Positions 9,785-19,384 of a stretch of DNA of 64,000 nucleotides are shown here, piece by piece. The stretch is from Sedimentisphaerales bacterium. Lineage in GTDB: Bacteria; Planctomycetota; Phycisphaerae; Sedimentisphaerales; SM23-30. Every line of letters begins with the position of its first letter. Position 1 is the stretch's first letter. The stretch spans positions 384,001-448,000 of the forward strand of contig CAXXMR010000013.1 of NCBI GenBank assembly GCA_963663805.2, in the 5' to 3' direction. Position numbers and translations under genes: made by a program. The notes below the pieces were generated by a model that saw only the letters and a list, made by a program, of their open reading frames with translations, was not told the DNA's origin and searched no databases.

Positions 9785-10684
9785 GTGTTACAAGGCATTA
9801 TCCCACCGATGGTTACGCCACTGCTAGAGCAGGACAAACTCGACGTTGACGGTCTCGAAAGACTTATTGAACACATCCTCGCCGGCGGAGTACACGGCCT
9901 CTTCATTCTCGGTACTACCGGAGAAGCACCCAGCCTAAGCTATAAACTCCGTAAAGAACTAATCTTACGGACAAACAAGCTGGTCCGCAACCGAGTCCCC
10001 GTGCTCGTAGGAATCACCGACTCAGCCTTCAACGAATCCATAAACCTCGCCAAGTTCGCCGCCGACAACGGTTCCCACGCTGTGGTCCTCGCTCCCCCTT
10101 ACTATTTCCCCGCCGGCCAAGCCGAACTCCTCGAATATGTCCAGCATCTCGCGCCACAACTGCCTTTGCCGCTATACCTTTACAACATGCCAGGCATGAC
10201 CAAAATCACCTTCGAGGCCGACACTGTTCGCCAGATGGCGGATATTCCCGGCGTTGTCGGACTCAAAGACAGCTCCTGCAATATGATTTATTTCCACCTG
10301 CTCCGTCGCACACTCAGAGACCTCCCCGAATTTTCGTTACTCGTTGGCCCGGAAGAACTTCTGGCTGAAAGCGTCCTGCTGGGCGGACAAGGCGGTGTCA
10401 ACGGCGGGGCGAATCTGTTCCCCCAGCTTTATGTCGATTTGTACAACGCCGCCGTCGAAAAAGATTACCCCACAATCAACTCGCTGCATGAAAACGTAAT
10501 TGAAGTAGCCGCAACGCTTTACCAGGTAGGCCAACACGGTTCGAGTATGATTAAAGGCCTCAAATGCGCTTTGGACTGCCAGGGAATTTGCAGCGATTTC
10601 GTCTCGGAACCGTTCCATCGCTTCCGCGGACCGGAACGCAAAAAAATCCAGGCGGGCCTGCAAGACATCCTGGCTAAATTATAA
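9785..10684 (+). CDS. Dihydrodipicolinate synthase / N-acetylneuraminate lyase family class I aldolase
   Basis: GIIPPMVTP, GTTGE, YLYNMP and GLKDSS (Schiff-base Lys) motifs. Confidence 0.9.
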   Translation: MLQGIIPPMVTPLLEQDKLDVDGLERLIEHILAGGVHGLFILGTTGEAPSLSYKLRKELILRTNKLVRNRVPVLVGITDSAFNESINLAKFAADNGSHAVVLAPPYYFPAGQAELLEYVQHLAPQLPLPLYLYNMPGMTKITFEADTVRQMADIPGVVGLKDSSCNMIYFHLLRRTLRDLPEFSLLVGPEELLAESVLLGGQGGVNGGANLFPQLYVDLYNAAVEKDYPTINSLHENVIEVAATLYQVGQHGSSMIKGLKCALDCQGICSDFVSEPFHRFRGPERKKIQAGLQDILAKL

Positions 10685-10724
10685 ACTTTTGCAAAATAAT
10701 AAGATATAACAAACCCGAAGGCCG

Positions 10725-12101
10725 TTACTTCATCGGGTCGGCTTCCAGCTTGTAATACTTCATCTTCTTGTAAAGTGTCGTGCGATTGACACCCAGAGCA
10801 TCAGCGGTTACCTGGCGATTCCAGTTGTGATAACGCAGGGCGGCATCGATAATGCGTTTTTCAGGCTCTTCCAACGCCTCGCGTAAACTCATTATCTTAT
10901 TGGAGATAGGTTGAGAAGTATCTACCTGACTAACGACATTGGTCGGCAAATCAGCTGGCTCGATAAGCGCCGAACGACCCAGCAGGACCGCCCGTTCTAT
11001 CACGTTTTCCAGTTCCCGGACATTGCCCGGCCAGGCGTAGGCCTCAAGGTAACGCATGGCATCCTCGCTGAAACCGCTCTTGTCCTTGCCATGCGCAGCA
11101 CACATATTACGCAAAAACCGTTCAGCCAGAACCGGGACATCCGTAACACGCTCAGCCAGGTTAGGAAGTTCGACGTGGACAACGTTTACGCGATAGTATA
11201 AATCCTCCCGAAAACGACCCTGACGCACCTCATCCTGCAAATCACGATTCGTCGCCAGAACAACCCGAACATCGACGGTTCGAGTTTCGTTGCTGCCGAC
11301 AGGTTCAAATTGCCGCTCCTGTAAAACTCGCAGCAGTTTCATTTGAAAACTCAAAGGCGCCGAATTAATTTCGTCGAGGAAAATCGTGCCCCCGTCGGCA
11401 GCCATAAAGCGGCCTTCTTTGTCATTTACCGCACCGGTAAACGAACCACGCACATGGCCGAAAAGTTCACTTTCCAGCAATGTCTCAGGCAGAGCGCCGC
11501 AACTTATTTCCACGAAAGGTTTATCGCGACGGTCGGAACGATGATGCAGGGCCCGGGCGATAAGACTTTTTCCTGTCCCGCTTTTACCGCTGATAAGAAC
11601 AGTGGCTTTGCTTTCGGCGACAGCTTCTATGAGTTCAAAGACCTTGAGCATTTTGTAATCATGGCCAACGACGTTTTCCAGACCGTACTGACTGCGCAAC
11701 TGGTTTTTGAGATTGCGGTTTTCCTGTAATAGAGCCTGCTGCTCGACGGCACGTTTGACAACCATACGGATTTCGTCATCGACGATAGGTTTGGTGAGAT
11801 AATCGTAAGCGCCCATCTTGATGGCCTCAACGGCGCTTTCGATAGTGCCGTAGCCGGTAATGACAATAGTAACCACTTCGGGATAACGCTTGCGCACTAC
11901 ACGCAGCAGTTCAAAGCCATCGGCTTCGGGCATATTCACGTCGGTAACGATAATATTAAACGCACGCTTTTCCTGCTCGACCAACGCTTCGTTAAAACTG
12001 CCCGCGCCTTCAGCCTGATAGCCTTCCAGCCGTAACAATTCACATAAACTTTCTCTGATGATCGCGTCGTCATCAACTATCAATATCCGCGTTGCCGCCA
12101 T
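10725..12101 (-). CDS. sigma54-dependent response regulator (NtrC/AtoC family: REC-AAA+-Fis HTH)
   Basis: REC domain, GKSGTGKS Walker [28 protein letters not shown]-terminal HTH. Confidence 0.95.
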   Translation of the reverse strand: MAATRILIVDDDAIIRESLCELLRLEGYQAEGAGSFNEALVEQEKRAFNIIVTDVNMPEADGFELLRVVRKRYPEVVTIVITGYGTIESAVEAIKMGAYDYLTKPIVDDEIRMVVKRAVEQQALLQENRNLKNQLRSQYGLENVVGHDYKMLKVFELIEAVAESKATVLISGKSGTGKSLIARALHHRSDRRDKPFVEISCGALPETLLESELFGHVRGSFTGAVNDKEGRFMAADGGTIFLDEINSAPLSFQMKLLRVLQERQFEPVGSNETRTVDVRVVLATNRDLQDEVRQGRFREDLYYRVNVVHVELPNLAERVTDVPVLAERFLRNMCAAHGKDKSGFSEDAMRYLEAYAWPGNVRELENVIERAVLLGRSALIEPADLPTNVVSQVDTSQPISNKIMSLREALEEPEKRIIDAALRYHNWNRQVTADALGVNRTTLYKKMKYYKLEADPMK

Positions 12102-12153
12102 TATTCACCTCAAAAACTTTTTTTACCCAACCAGCAACTCATTAACAACAACT

Positions 12154-12336
12154 TCAGAGCAGCCTACGCAGGCAATTACATAAAACTTCGAGTTTTGTCT
12201 CAACCACATTCCAAACAGTCTCTGGATTCAAGCTGTCATAGCCATGTACCAAAACATGACGAAATCCGATTAACACATGATATTCCCGGCACAATTCATG
12301 CAAAGCATTTTCATAATTATTAAGTGGAAAAACCAT
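12154..12336 (-). pseudogene. Truncated HepT/DUF86 (HEPN RNase) C-terminal fragment
   Basis: IGFRHVLVHGYDSLNPETVWNVV matches the DUF86 Rx4HxY region; only 60 aa; no cognate MNT antitoxin. Confidence 0.7.
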
Positions 12337-12346
12337 TGTTCTACCT

Positions 12347-13438
12347 CTAAACTCGTGCCCAACTCGTTCGCTCCAAAGGAATGCTTACGGTAAAGAGAGC
12401 GCCGCCTTCGTCGTGGTTCTGGGCCTTTATCTTGCCGCCGCAACGTTCCATGATATCCAGGCAGATTGCCAGTCCCAGGCCCGTGCCTTTGCCTTTGGCC
12501 TTGGTGGTGAAAAACGCTTCAAAAATCTTTTCCATAACCTCTTCACTCAGGCCGGGACCGGTATCGGCAAACTCTATCAGGGCATTACGCTCGTCATAAT
12601 AAGTCCGCACAGTCAGCACTCCGCCACGGCCCTGTTCTTCCATAGCATCGACGGCATTTTTGATAAGATTGCAGAATACCTGAAAAAGATTGCCTGTGCG
12701 AACATTAGGCATCTTCTCGCCAAACTCTCGCTGAATCCTTACGCCAGCTCTTTCGGCACCAACCGACATAGCCTTGATAGCATCCTCAACGAGCTTATTT
12801 ATATCCGCTTCCTCAAAAGCCGTGTGAGTGCTGCGGGAAAAATCCAGTAGTTCACTGACAATCTGGACCATCCGCAAAAGCCCTTTACGAGACTCCTGAA
12901 GATAATGCACGGCCCGTTCTTCGTTATTATTTTCGGCGACACGCTGGGCCAGACCGATATATCGCAAAATTCCGTCGAGCGGATTATTAAGTTCATGGGC
13001 CACACGGGCGGCCAACTTGCCAACGGCAGCCAGCCTTTCCGCGCCAGCCAACTCATCTGCCATTGAAACCTTAACGGTCTCATCTTCGATAATCAAAATC
13101 CCCCCGATAAGCTCTCCGCTCTCTTCGTCACCCAAGGCCGAAATGGTCAAATCCAGAACACTGTCTCGGCCATCCAGAGCATAAGCGATATTGCCGAACC
13201 CCTGGGACTCGCCCACAGTCAGGGCCGAGCGTAAAAACACGCCCCAGCCTTCGGGACGCTGATGCGGACTGCCCGCCCGAAGGACATCCGCCAGATTGTC
13301 ACCCGCAGCCAGCAGTTCTTCCGCGGCGGGATTGCGATCTTTAATCGTCAGATTTTCATCGAAAACCACCAAACCCAAAGGCATGGAATCTATCAGCTTC
13401 CGACTTATTCGCCCAAAATTTAGTGCGTGCTCAGCCAT
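12347..13438 (-). CDS. Cytoplasmic PAS-domain sensor histidine kinase (NtrB-like)
   Basis: PAS-like N-terminus, AHELNNPL H-box, NLIKNAVDA, DTGPG, GTGLGL. Confidence 0.93.
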   Translation of the reverse strand: MAEHALNFGRISRKLIDSMPLGLVVFDENLTIKDRNPAAEELLAAGDNLADVLRAGSPHQRPEGWGVFLRSALTVGESQGFGNIAYALDGRDSVLDLTISALGDEESGELIGGILIIEDETVKVSMADELAGAERLAAVGKLAARVAHELNNPLDGILRYIGLAQRVAENNNEERAVHYLQESRKGLLRMVQIVSELLDFSRSTHTAFEEADINKLVEDAIKAMSVGAERAGVRIQREFGEKMPNVRTGNLFQVFCNLIKNAVDAMEEQGRGGVLTVRTYYDERNALIEFADTGPGLSEEVMEKIFEAFFTTKAKGKGTGLGLAICLDIMERCGGKIKAQNHDEGGALFTVSIPLERTSWARV

Positions 13439-13506
13439 GCAATGGCCTCTTTTTCACATTAGCGCTGCCGGCGATAAATTACCGGACACATCATAATTAC
13501 AATATT

Positions 13507-13534
13507 AAATCGGCCTGGTCAATGCCAATGTTTA
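13507..13534 (-). promoter_or_regulatory. Candidate sigma28 (FliA) promoter of the HK-RR operon
   Basis: Minus strand TAAA-N16-GCCGATTT. Confidence 0.45.
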
Positions 13535-13638
13535 TTTTTCGCAACGAAAAACAGCCCCAGAAGCGGTAAAAAGACAACGTCGACCGATAATGTCAGCTTT
13601 TACAGTCCCAAACGTTGTCCAGAGACAACATTTTTGAT

Positions 13639-13676
13639 AAAAAAAAGGCCCGGAACGAAAAAAACGTTCTGGGCCT
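13639..13676 (-). terminator. Intrinsic terminator downstream of the SYLF gene
   Basis: aggcccggaacg/cgttctgggcct stem followed by U8 on the minus strand. Confidence 0.75.
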
Positions 13677-13692
13677 GCCTTGCTGAGATCGC

Positions 13693-14406
13693 AAAAGAGA
13701 TTTGACCCCTTTTTCTGATTAGTTCAAATCGTTGTTTTTCCAGTATTTCGTACCGGTAACGGTCGCCTGGAGCGAAACGCCGTTTTCGGTGAACTGATAG
13801 ATTTCCATGCCGCTGGTGACATCTTCGGCACCGCCCACCGCGCCGCCTTTTTCGCCGGCCTTGGCAGCGGCGTCAGCCTGAGCCCCAAATTCCCAGCCTT
13901 TATCCACAAATTTCGCAAGTGTCTCGGCATCCTTGAAAATGATTACTGCCCGTAAATCCTTAACACCGGCACCGAATCCGACTCCGCCCATCCCCATTTT
14001 CATGAAAACCTCATTGCCGTTGGAATTATCCACGACCACACCATAGCCGCCGCCGACACCGACAAAAATCACATTTACGTTGACATTACTAAACACGCCA
14101 TAACCAGCGGCCTTGCGAACCTTATCCTTGGAGATTGGTTCAAGTTTGTACAAATCAGCCAGCGTCGTGTCACGCATCTTGAGAATCTCGGTACGCTGTT
14201 GGGCAACCGTACCCTTGGGCCCACCGCAACCAACAAACAACATGGCAATCAGCAATAAAACTACTACATTCAAAGCCTTCATAGTTATCTCCTTGAACAC
14301 AAAACGGCTTTTCCCAAAAACATTCTATGTATGATAGCCGAGTCGGACCCTACCGTCCACATTCAAAATCCCTTATGCCTCATGGAAAAGGGGTCAAATC
14401 ACTTTT
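13693..14406. repeat. 21-bp inverted repeats bracketing the SYLF gene
   Basis: AAAAGAGATTTGACCCCTTTT (13693-13713) vs AAAAGGGGTCAAATCACTTTT (14386-14406); 20/21 complementary, 15-bp perfect core. Confidence 0.8.
13719..14282 (-). CDS. Ysc84/SYLF-domain lipoprotein
   Basis: Lipobox FVGC; AAGYGVF, GGGYGVV, GVGFGAG, WEFGAQADAAAK and GTKYW motifs typical of SYLF. Confidence 0.85.
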   Translation of the reverse strand: MKALNVVVLLLIAMLFVGCGGPKGTVAQQRTEILKMRDTTLADLYKLEPISKDKVRKAAGYGVFSNVNVNVIFVGVGGGYGVVVDNSNGNEVFMKMGMGGVGFGAGVKDLRAVIIFKDAETLAKFVDKGWEFGAQADAAAKAGEKGGAVGGAEDVTSGMEIYQFTENGVSLQATVTGTKYWKNNDLN

Positions 14407-15015
14407 TTTCTTGTTTGAAAATAAAAACACCCCCTGCCCAAGGCAGCACCTCGCCGTGTCGCCGTTCACTCTTGCCTCATCCATCTTGCCTCTTGCCTTC
14501 TTCCAGAGCTGGCCGCCGCCCCCAGGCGCAAAAATTGAGCCCCAGGCGCAAGTGGCTACTCTAGCTTGTCTCGGATTATTCGAGCAGCCGGCCTGACCTG
14601 TGGGCTCGAGGCGCAAAATTAATATGTGGAGTATGCACTCCCACTAAGAATAATGTCTGAAACGCCGCTTTGGTCCCAGAAAAAAACTTACCCACCCCCA
14701 AAAAGTCCGAAAATCGCTCTCTGGGCGCAAAAAAAAGCCCTCGGGTGCAAAGTTTTGGATACCTGGTCTGTTCATGTCAGGCTCAAAACGGTATTGCTTA
14801 CCGTGGGGCTTGAGGCGCTACTTAAATCTTATTCACTTTTTCAACCGTACTCGCCGGTTCTGCTTACATATGGCCGTTCCAGGAAATTTGTCCCAAAAAA
14901 AACGAGAAAAATTAAAAAACTTTTTAAAACGCGTTTTTTTGCTAAAAAATCGGTAAAAACCAGTCAGAATTCACCTTTTCTTGCATATTCGCGCTCTTTA
15001 TGCTACCTTTCCGCC

Positions 15016-15762
15016 ATGCGAATTAACGCCGTTATTTTCGATTTGGGAGAAACCCTGTTCAATTATGGCAGGGCCAATGTCAACGCCTGCTTCCGGCGGG
15101 GGGCTCGGTTGGCCTACGAATATCTGGAGTCTCTGGCGGGCCCAGAGCAAAAAATGTGCAGTTTTGACCATTATTTCACGGTTCATTTCCTCTATATAAG
15201 GTTTCTGTATATCTGGTCGATGGTGGTAGGGCGGGAATTTGACTGTTTGGCCCTGCTCAATCGCAGAATTCAGCCTATGGGCTTCAATCTCACTCCTGAC
15301 CAGCTCGAAGAACTAGCCTGTCTCTGGTACGATGTACTGGGTCAACAGGCTCAGCTCGAGGATAATCTACACCGGACCCTGGAAGAATTACAGAAAATGG
15401 GCGTTCAAACCGCAATTTTATCCAATACCTTTTTACCGGGCATTGCCCTGGACCGCCATCTTAGTCGTTTCGGTTTGATGGAGTTTTTTCCGGTTCGCGT
15501 TTATTCTTCCGATACCATTATCCGCAAGCCCAATCGTCGTATCTATCTTGAGTGTTTGAAACAACTTAACGTCGAGCCCGCTCAGGCGATTATGGTGGGC
15601 GATCGGTTGCGTGAGGATGTGCGTGGGCCGGGCCGGGTCGGGATTCGCGGGATTTTCAAACGAGGCATTGTCAATGCCCGCAAACATGTCCCCGCGGATG
15701 TGCCGGTTATTGACCGAATCGCCCAGTTGCCCGAATGGATAAAAAATAATTACGATAATTAA
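15016..15762 (+). CDS. HAD-superfamily hydrolase
   Basis: AVIFDLGETL, ILSN, RKP and MVGD..ED motifs; start moved to ATG 15016 because the upstream extension is A-tract intergenic DNA. Confidence 0.85.
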   Translation: MRINAVIFDLGETLFNYGRANVNACFRRGARLAYEYLESLAGPEQKMCSFDHYFTVHFLYIRFLYIWSMVVGREFDCLALLNRRIQPMGFNLTPDQLEELACLWYDVLGQQAQLEDNLHRTLEELQKMGVQTAILSNTFLPGIALDRHLSRFGLMEFFPVRVYSSDTIIRKPNRRIYLECLKQLNVEPAQAIMVGDRLREDVRGPGRVGIRGIFKRGIVNARKHVPADVPVIDRIAQLPEWIKNNYDN

Positions 15763-15805
15763 CTGTAACTAAATACTATAAAATAACTTAACGGATTGAC
15801 CAAGA

Positions 15806-18800
15806 ATGGCGGCAGGGAAGTTGCGATTTTTACTTGGACGCAGCGGCAGCGGCAAGACGCATTATTGCATCGAATCCCTGCGTCAACAACTGATTGACAG
15901 CCCGGTCGGCCCGAATTTAATCCTTCTGGTTCCCGAACAAGCTACTTTCCAGATGGAACAGGCCCTCCTAATCGACGACCAATTAAAAGGTTACAATCGG
16001 GCCCGCGTAACCAGCTTCGGTCGGCTGGCCCAGCAGATTCTCCTCGAAACCGCACCACCAACCCTGCCCATCCTTACCGAAAACGGCAAAAGAATGATAC
16101 TCCGCCGCCTGCTCCAGCAGCGTATCGATGAGTTACGAATTTTCAATCGGGCAGCCCTGAAAAGCGGTTTCATCGCCCGCCTTTCCAAAATGCTCAGCGA
16201 GCTTAGACAGTACAGCCAAAGTCCCGAAACCCTGCGTGAGCAGTTGGCTCGTCTTAGCAGTGCCTCTGACGCCTCGCTGGAGCCTCTACGCAACAAACTT
16301 GCCGACCTGACCTTGATTTACGAAGATTACCGGGGCTGGGTCAGGGGGCGTTTTGTTGAGCCGGAAGATTTTCTCGACCTGATGGTCGAGCAGTGCAGCC
16401 GATGCGAATTTCTCAAAGGGTCGCATTTATGGATAGACGGTTTCGCCGGTTTTACCCCTCAGCAGTTCCGGGCCTTATTCGCACTGGCCGCGTCTGTAAG
16501 CGAAACTGAATTTTCCTTGTGTCTAAATCCCACCGCGCCGGCCTGTTACGCCATCGACGCTGACCCGCAATCCCTGACAAATTTAAGCGACATGGATTTA
16601 TTCCATCCCACTCTGGAAACCTACCAGAAACTTCGTCGCACCGCCGGTGCCCTTGGCGTCAGTATCGCCCAGCCTTTACTGTTCCCGCTGAACAAACAGA
16701 AAACGATGCCGCGTTTCGATGATTGCGAAATTCTCGCCCGGCTGGAGAGTAACCTCGCCGAAAACCGCATCGAACCAGCCCAGTCACTTACCGCGGATGT
16801 CGATATTGCCCCGCAAGGCGTGGCAATCGTAAAAGCCCCGGACCGACGTGTCGAAGTCGAAACTGTCGCCCGGCAGATTTTGCGTTTGTGTCGCCAGTAC
16901 AATTATCGTTTTCGTGACATCGCGGTCATTCTGCGTGATTTTAGTGAATATGAGGAATTGTTGCGGTCGTCATTCGCAGACCATGGTATCGCGTGCTTCG
17001 TGGACCAGCGTCGTTCGGTGCGTCATCATCCGCTTATCGAACTGCTGCGTTCGGCGTTATCGGTTCTGACCAGTGAATTTCAGACGGAGTATCTGCTGGA
17101 CTATCTGAAGACTGATCTGGCGAATCTTTCGCGGCAGGCGGTTGATGAGCTGGAAAATTACGCTCTGGCCCATGCCTTCACCGGCAGAGCCTGGCTGCAA
17201 ACCTGGCAATCGGCCCTGGGCGAAGATCAACCCGCTCCAGAGGAGGACACGGTTCAACCTCTGACCGCCGCTCAGCTCGATAATTATCGTACTCAGGCCG
17301 TCGAGCCGTTATTGAAAATGCGGGACGAAATCTACAACGGACCACCCGAACCAAACCGGCCAATTCCCGTGCGGCAAATCACTGCTGCACTGGTGAACCT
17401 GCTGGAGCGTCTGGAAGTGCCTCGAACGCTTTCTCAATGGTGTACACAGGCCGGGCGGCTCGGCCAACTCGACGCGGTTTTGACTCATCAGCAGGTTTAC
17501 AGCGATTTACTGGACATCTTCGACGATTTGGCTCAGACGCTAATCGACCAGCAGCTAACGCTGGAAGAATACAGTGAGATTCTTTCTTCGGTACTCGGTG
17601 AGATGACCCTGGCGTTGATTCCGCCGGCTTTGGACCAGGTGTTGGTCGGCACTATTGAGCGGTCACGTCATCCGCGTATTCGGGCGGCGTTCATCCTGGG
17701 TGTCAACGAAGGCAGTTTTCCCAAGGTCAGTTCGCCCGATTCGTTCCTGACCGACAGTCAGCGTGAATCACTGCTGGACGAAGGTTTCGAGCTGGGCCCG
17801 ACCAGCGTCCGCAAACTTCTGAACGAACGTTATCTTGCCTATATTGCCGTTACCCGTCCCCGCGAGTTTGTCTGGATAAGCTACCCCGCCGCCCGTGCCG
17901 ACGGAACAGCCCTGAAGCCTTCCTCGATGATTGACCATATTTACGATGCCGCCGGGGACGTACCGACCATCCATCTTGGCGGTGATATTGGTCAGGCGGA
18001 TATGCGCAGAATAACCAGCACCGCTCAGCTGGGCCGTGAGCTGGCCCTGGAGTTTTCCAGGGTTCACCCCGGCCAGCAGCCCGAACCGCTTTGGCGTGAA
18101 CTGGCCGCCGCGGCCTTGAATCATGCCGATTATCGCGAAACGATAAAACGCAGTCTCAGTGGCCTGACCTATAACAATCAAGCCGTTCTCACCCCGGAAA
18201 TTGTCCAGCGGATGTACCGCCATGAACTGACCGGCAGTGTTTCACGCCTGGAAACTTTCGCCGCCTGTCCCTTCAAACATTTCGCCTCCTATGCTTTGAA
18301 TTTACGCGAACGAGCCGAGCTCTCTCTGGCGGCACCGGATATGGGGGCGTTCTACCATGAAGCCCTGAAAGACATTTTTCTTACCCTCAAAAAACAAAAT
18401 CGCGGCTGGGCTGATTTGGATAATGACGAACTGGACCAGATTGTCGCTCAGACCACGGATTCTCTGGCCCGCAACCATACCCAAATTGCGGAACTGTTGA
18501 ATCTTTCCGCCCGCAGTAAAACGCTGATAAACTTCGCCGCTGAACACCTGAAACGCTTCTGCCGGGTATTGTGTAAACATGCCGGCGCCAGTGATTTTGT
18601 CCAGCGCTCAGCGGAAATCGCTTTTGGCCCGGAAACTCACGCCGGCGCTCTGGAATATGATTTGCCCGACGGCGGCAAGATATTACTGCGCGGCCGAATC
18701 GACCGGGTGGATTATTGCGATGAACGTGGCGGAATAATGGTTATCGACTATAAATCCAGCGGCGGCACTTTCCCCTTCGGCCATTTTTATTATGGCCTGA

Positions 18801-19384
18801 GTTTGCAGCTTCTCACATATCTGCTCGTGCTGGAAAAGTACAGTCGTGATGCGAATAAGCCCGTCTCGCCCGTAGGTGCGGTATATCTGCCCATCACCCG
18901 CAGTGGTGATCGACGCAGCGGCATGGTGCCGGAAGGTTTTAAACAGGACTACTGCGAGCCCGAAACCGATGTCCCCATCCATAAAGCTCGCGGCATAATC
19001 GATGGTGTGTGGATAGAGCATCTTGATAAAGAGCTGATACCTGCGAAATATTCATCGTACTTCGGCGCCTATATGAACAAAGAAGGCGAGGTCTTCAACG
19101 GCAAAAGCAGCGACATTGTGTGTACCGAAGATTTGGAAAATATGCTCAGGTGGACGAGTCTTCAGCTTATCGAGCAGGGCCGCCGCATTCTGGCCGGAGA
19201 AATCTCGGTACGACCCTATCGTTATGACGACAAGGAAAGTCCCTGTGAGTATTGTCAGTTCCGGCCCTTATGCCGGTTCGATGTTCGTGTGGACCGTTAT
19301 CGCACCCTGAGAGGGTTTAGCAAAGAAAAAGAAAATGTGCTTAGTCTAATAGCTGCCCAGCTGGAGGGGGCTGACAATGAGTGA
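15806..19384 (+). CDS. addB: ATP-dependent helicase/nuclease subunit B
   Basis: GRSGSGKT, LVPEQATF, GRIDRVD/IDYKS nuclease motifs, Fe-S cysteines (ACPF...CEYC..C); overlaps the addA start. Confidence 0.95.
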   Translation: MAAGKLRFLLGRSGSGKTHYCIESLRQQLIDSPVGPNLILLVPEQATFQMEQALLIDDQLKGYNRARVTSFGRLAQQILLETAPPTLPILTENGKRMILRRLLQQRIDELRIFNRAALKSGFIARLSKMLSELRQYSQSPETLREQLARLSSASDASLEPLRNKLADLTLIYEDYRGWVRGRFVEPEDFLDLMVEQCSRCEFLKGSHLWIDGFAGFTPQQFRALFALAASVSETEFSLCLNPTAPACYAIDADPQSLTNLSDMDLFHPTLETYQKLRRTAGALGVSIAQPLLFPLNKQKTMPRFDDCEILARLESNLAENRIEPAQSLTADVDIAPQGVAIVKAPDRRVEVETVARQILRLCRQYNYRFRDIAVILRDFSEYEELLRSSFADHGIACFVDQRRSVRHHPLIELLRSALSVLTSEFQTEYLLDYLKTDLANLSRQAVDELENYALAHAFTGRAWLQTWQSALGEDQPAPEEDTVQPLTAAQLDNYRTQAVEPLLKMRDEIYNGPPEPNRPIPVRQITAALVNLLERLEVPRTLSQWCTQAGRLGQLDAVLTHQQVYSDLLDIFDDLAQTLIDQQLTLEEYSEILSSVLGEMTLALIPPALDQVLVGTIERSRHPRIRAAFILGVNEGSFPKVSSPDSFLTDSQRESLLDEGFELGPTSVRKLLNERYLAYIAVTRPREFVWISYPAARADGTALKPSSMIDHIYDAAGDVPTIHLGGDIGQADMRRITSTAQLGRELALEFSRVHPGQQPEPLWRELAAAALNHADYRETIKRSLSGLTYNNQAVLTPEIVQRMYRHELTGSVSRLETFAACPFKHFASYALNLRERAELSLAAPDMGAFYHEALKDIFLTLKKQNRGWADLDNDELDQIVAQTTDSLARNHTQIAELLNLSARSKTLINFAAEHLKRFCRVLCKHAGASDFVQRSAEIAFGPETHAGALEYDLPDGGKILLRGRIDRVDYCDERGGIMVIDYKSSGGTFPFGHFYYGLSLQLLTYLLVLEKYSRDANKPVSPVGAVYLPITRSGDRRSGMVPEGFKQDYCEPETDVPIHKARGIIDGVWIEHLDKELIPAKYSSYFGAYMNKEGEVFNGKSSDIVCTEDLENMLRWTSLQLIEQGRRILAGEISVRPYRYDDKESPCEYCQFRPLCRFDVRVDRYRTLRGFSKEKENVLSLIAAQLEGADNE

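Noticed and set aside
14626..15015. 130-aa N-terminal extension of the HAD hydrolase
   Set aside because: The Lys/Phe-rich translation comes from A/T-tract intergenic DNA; the HAD motif starts at ATG 15016.
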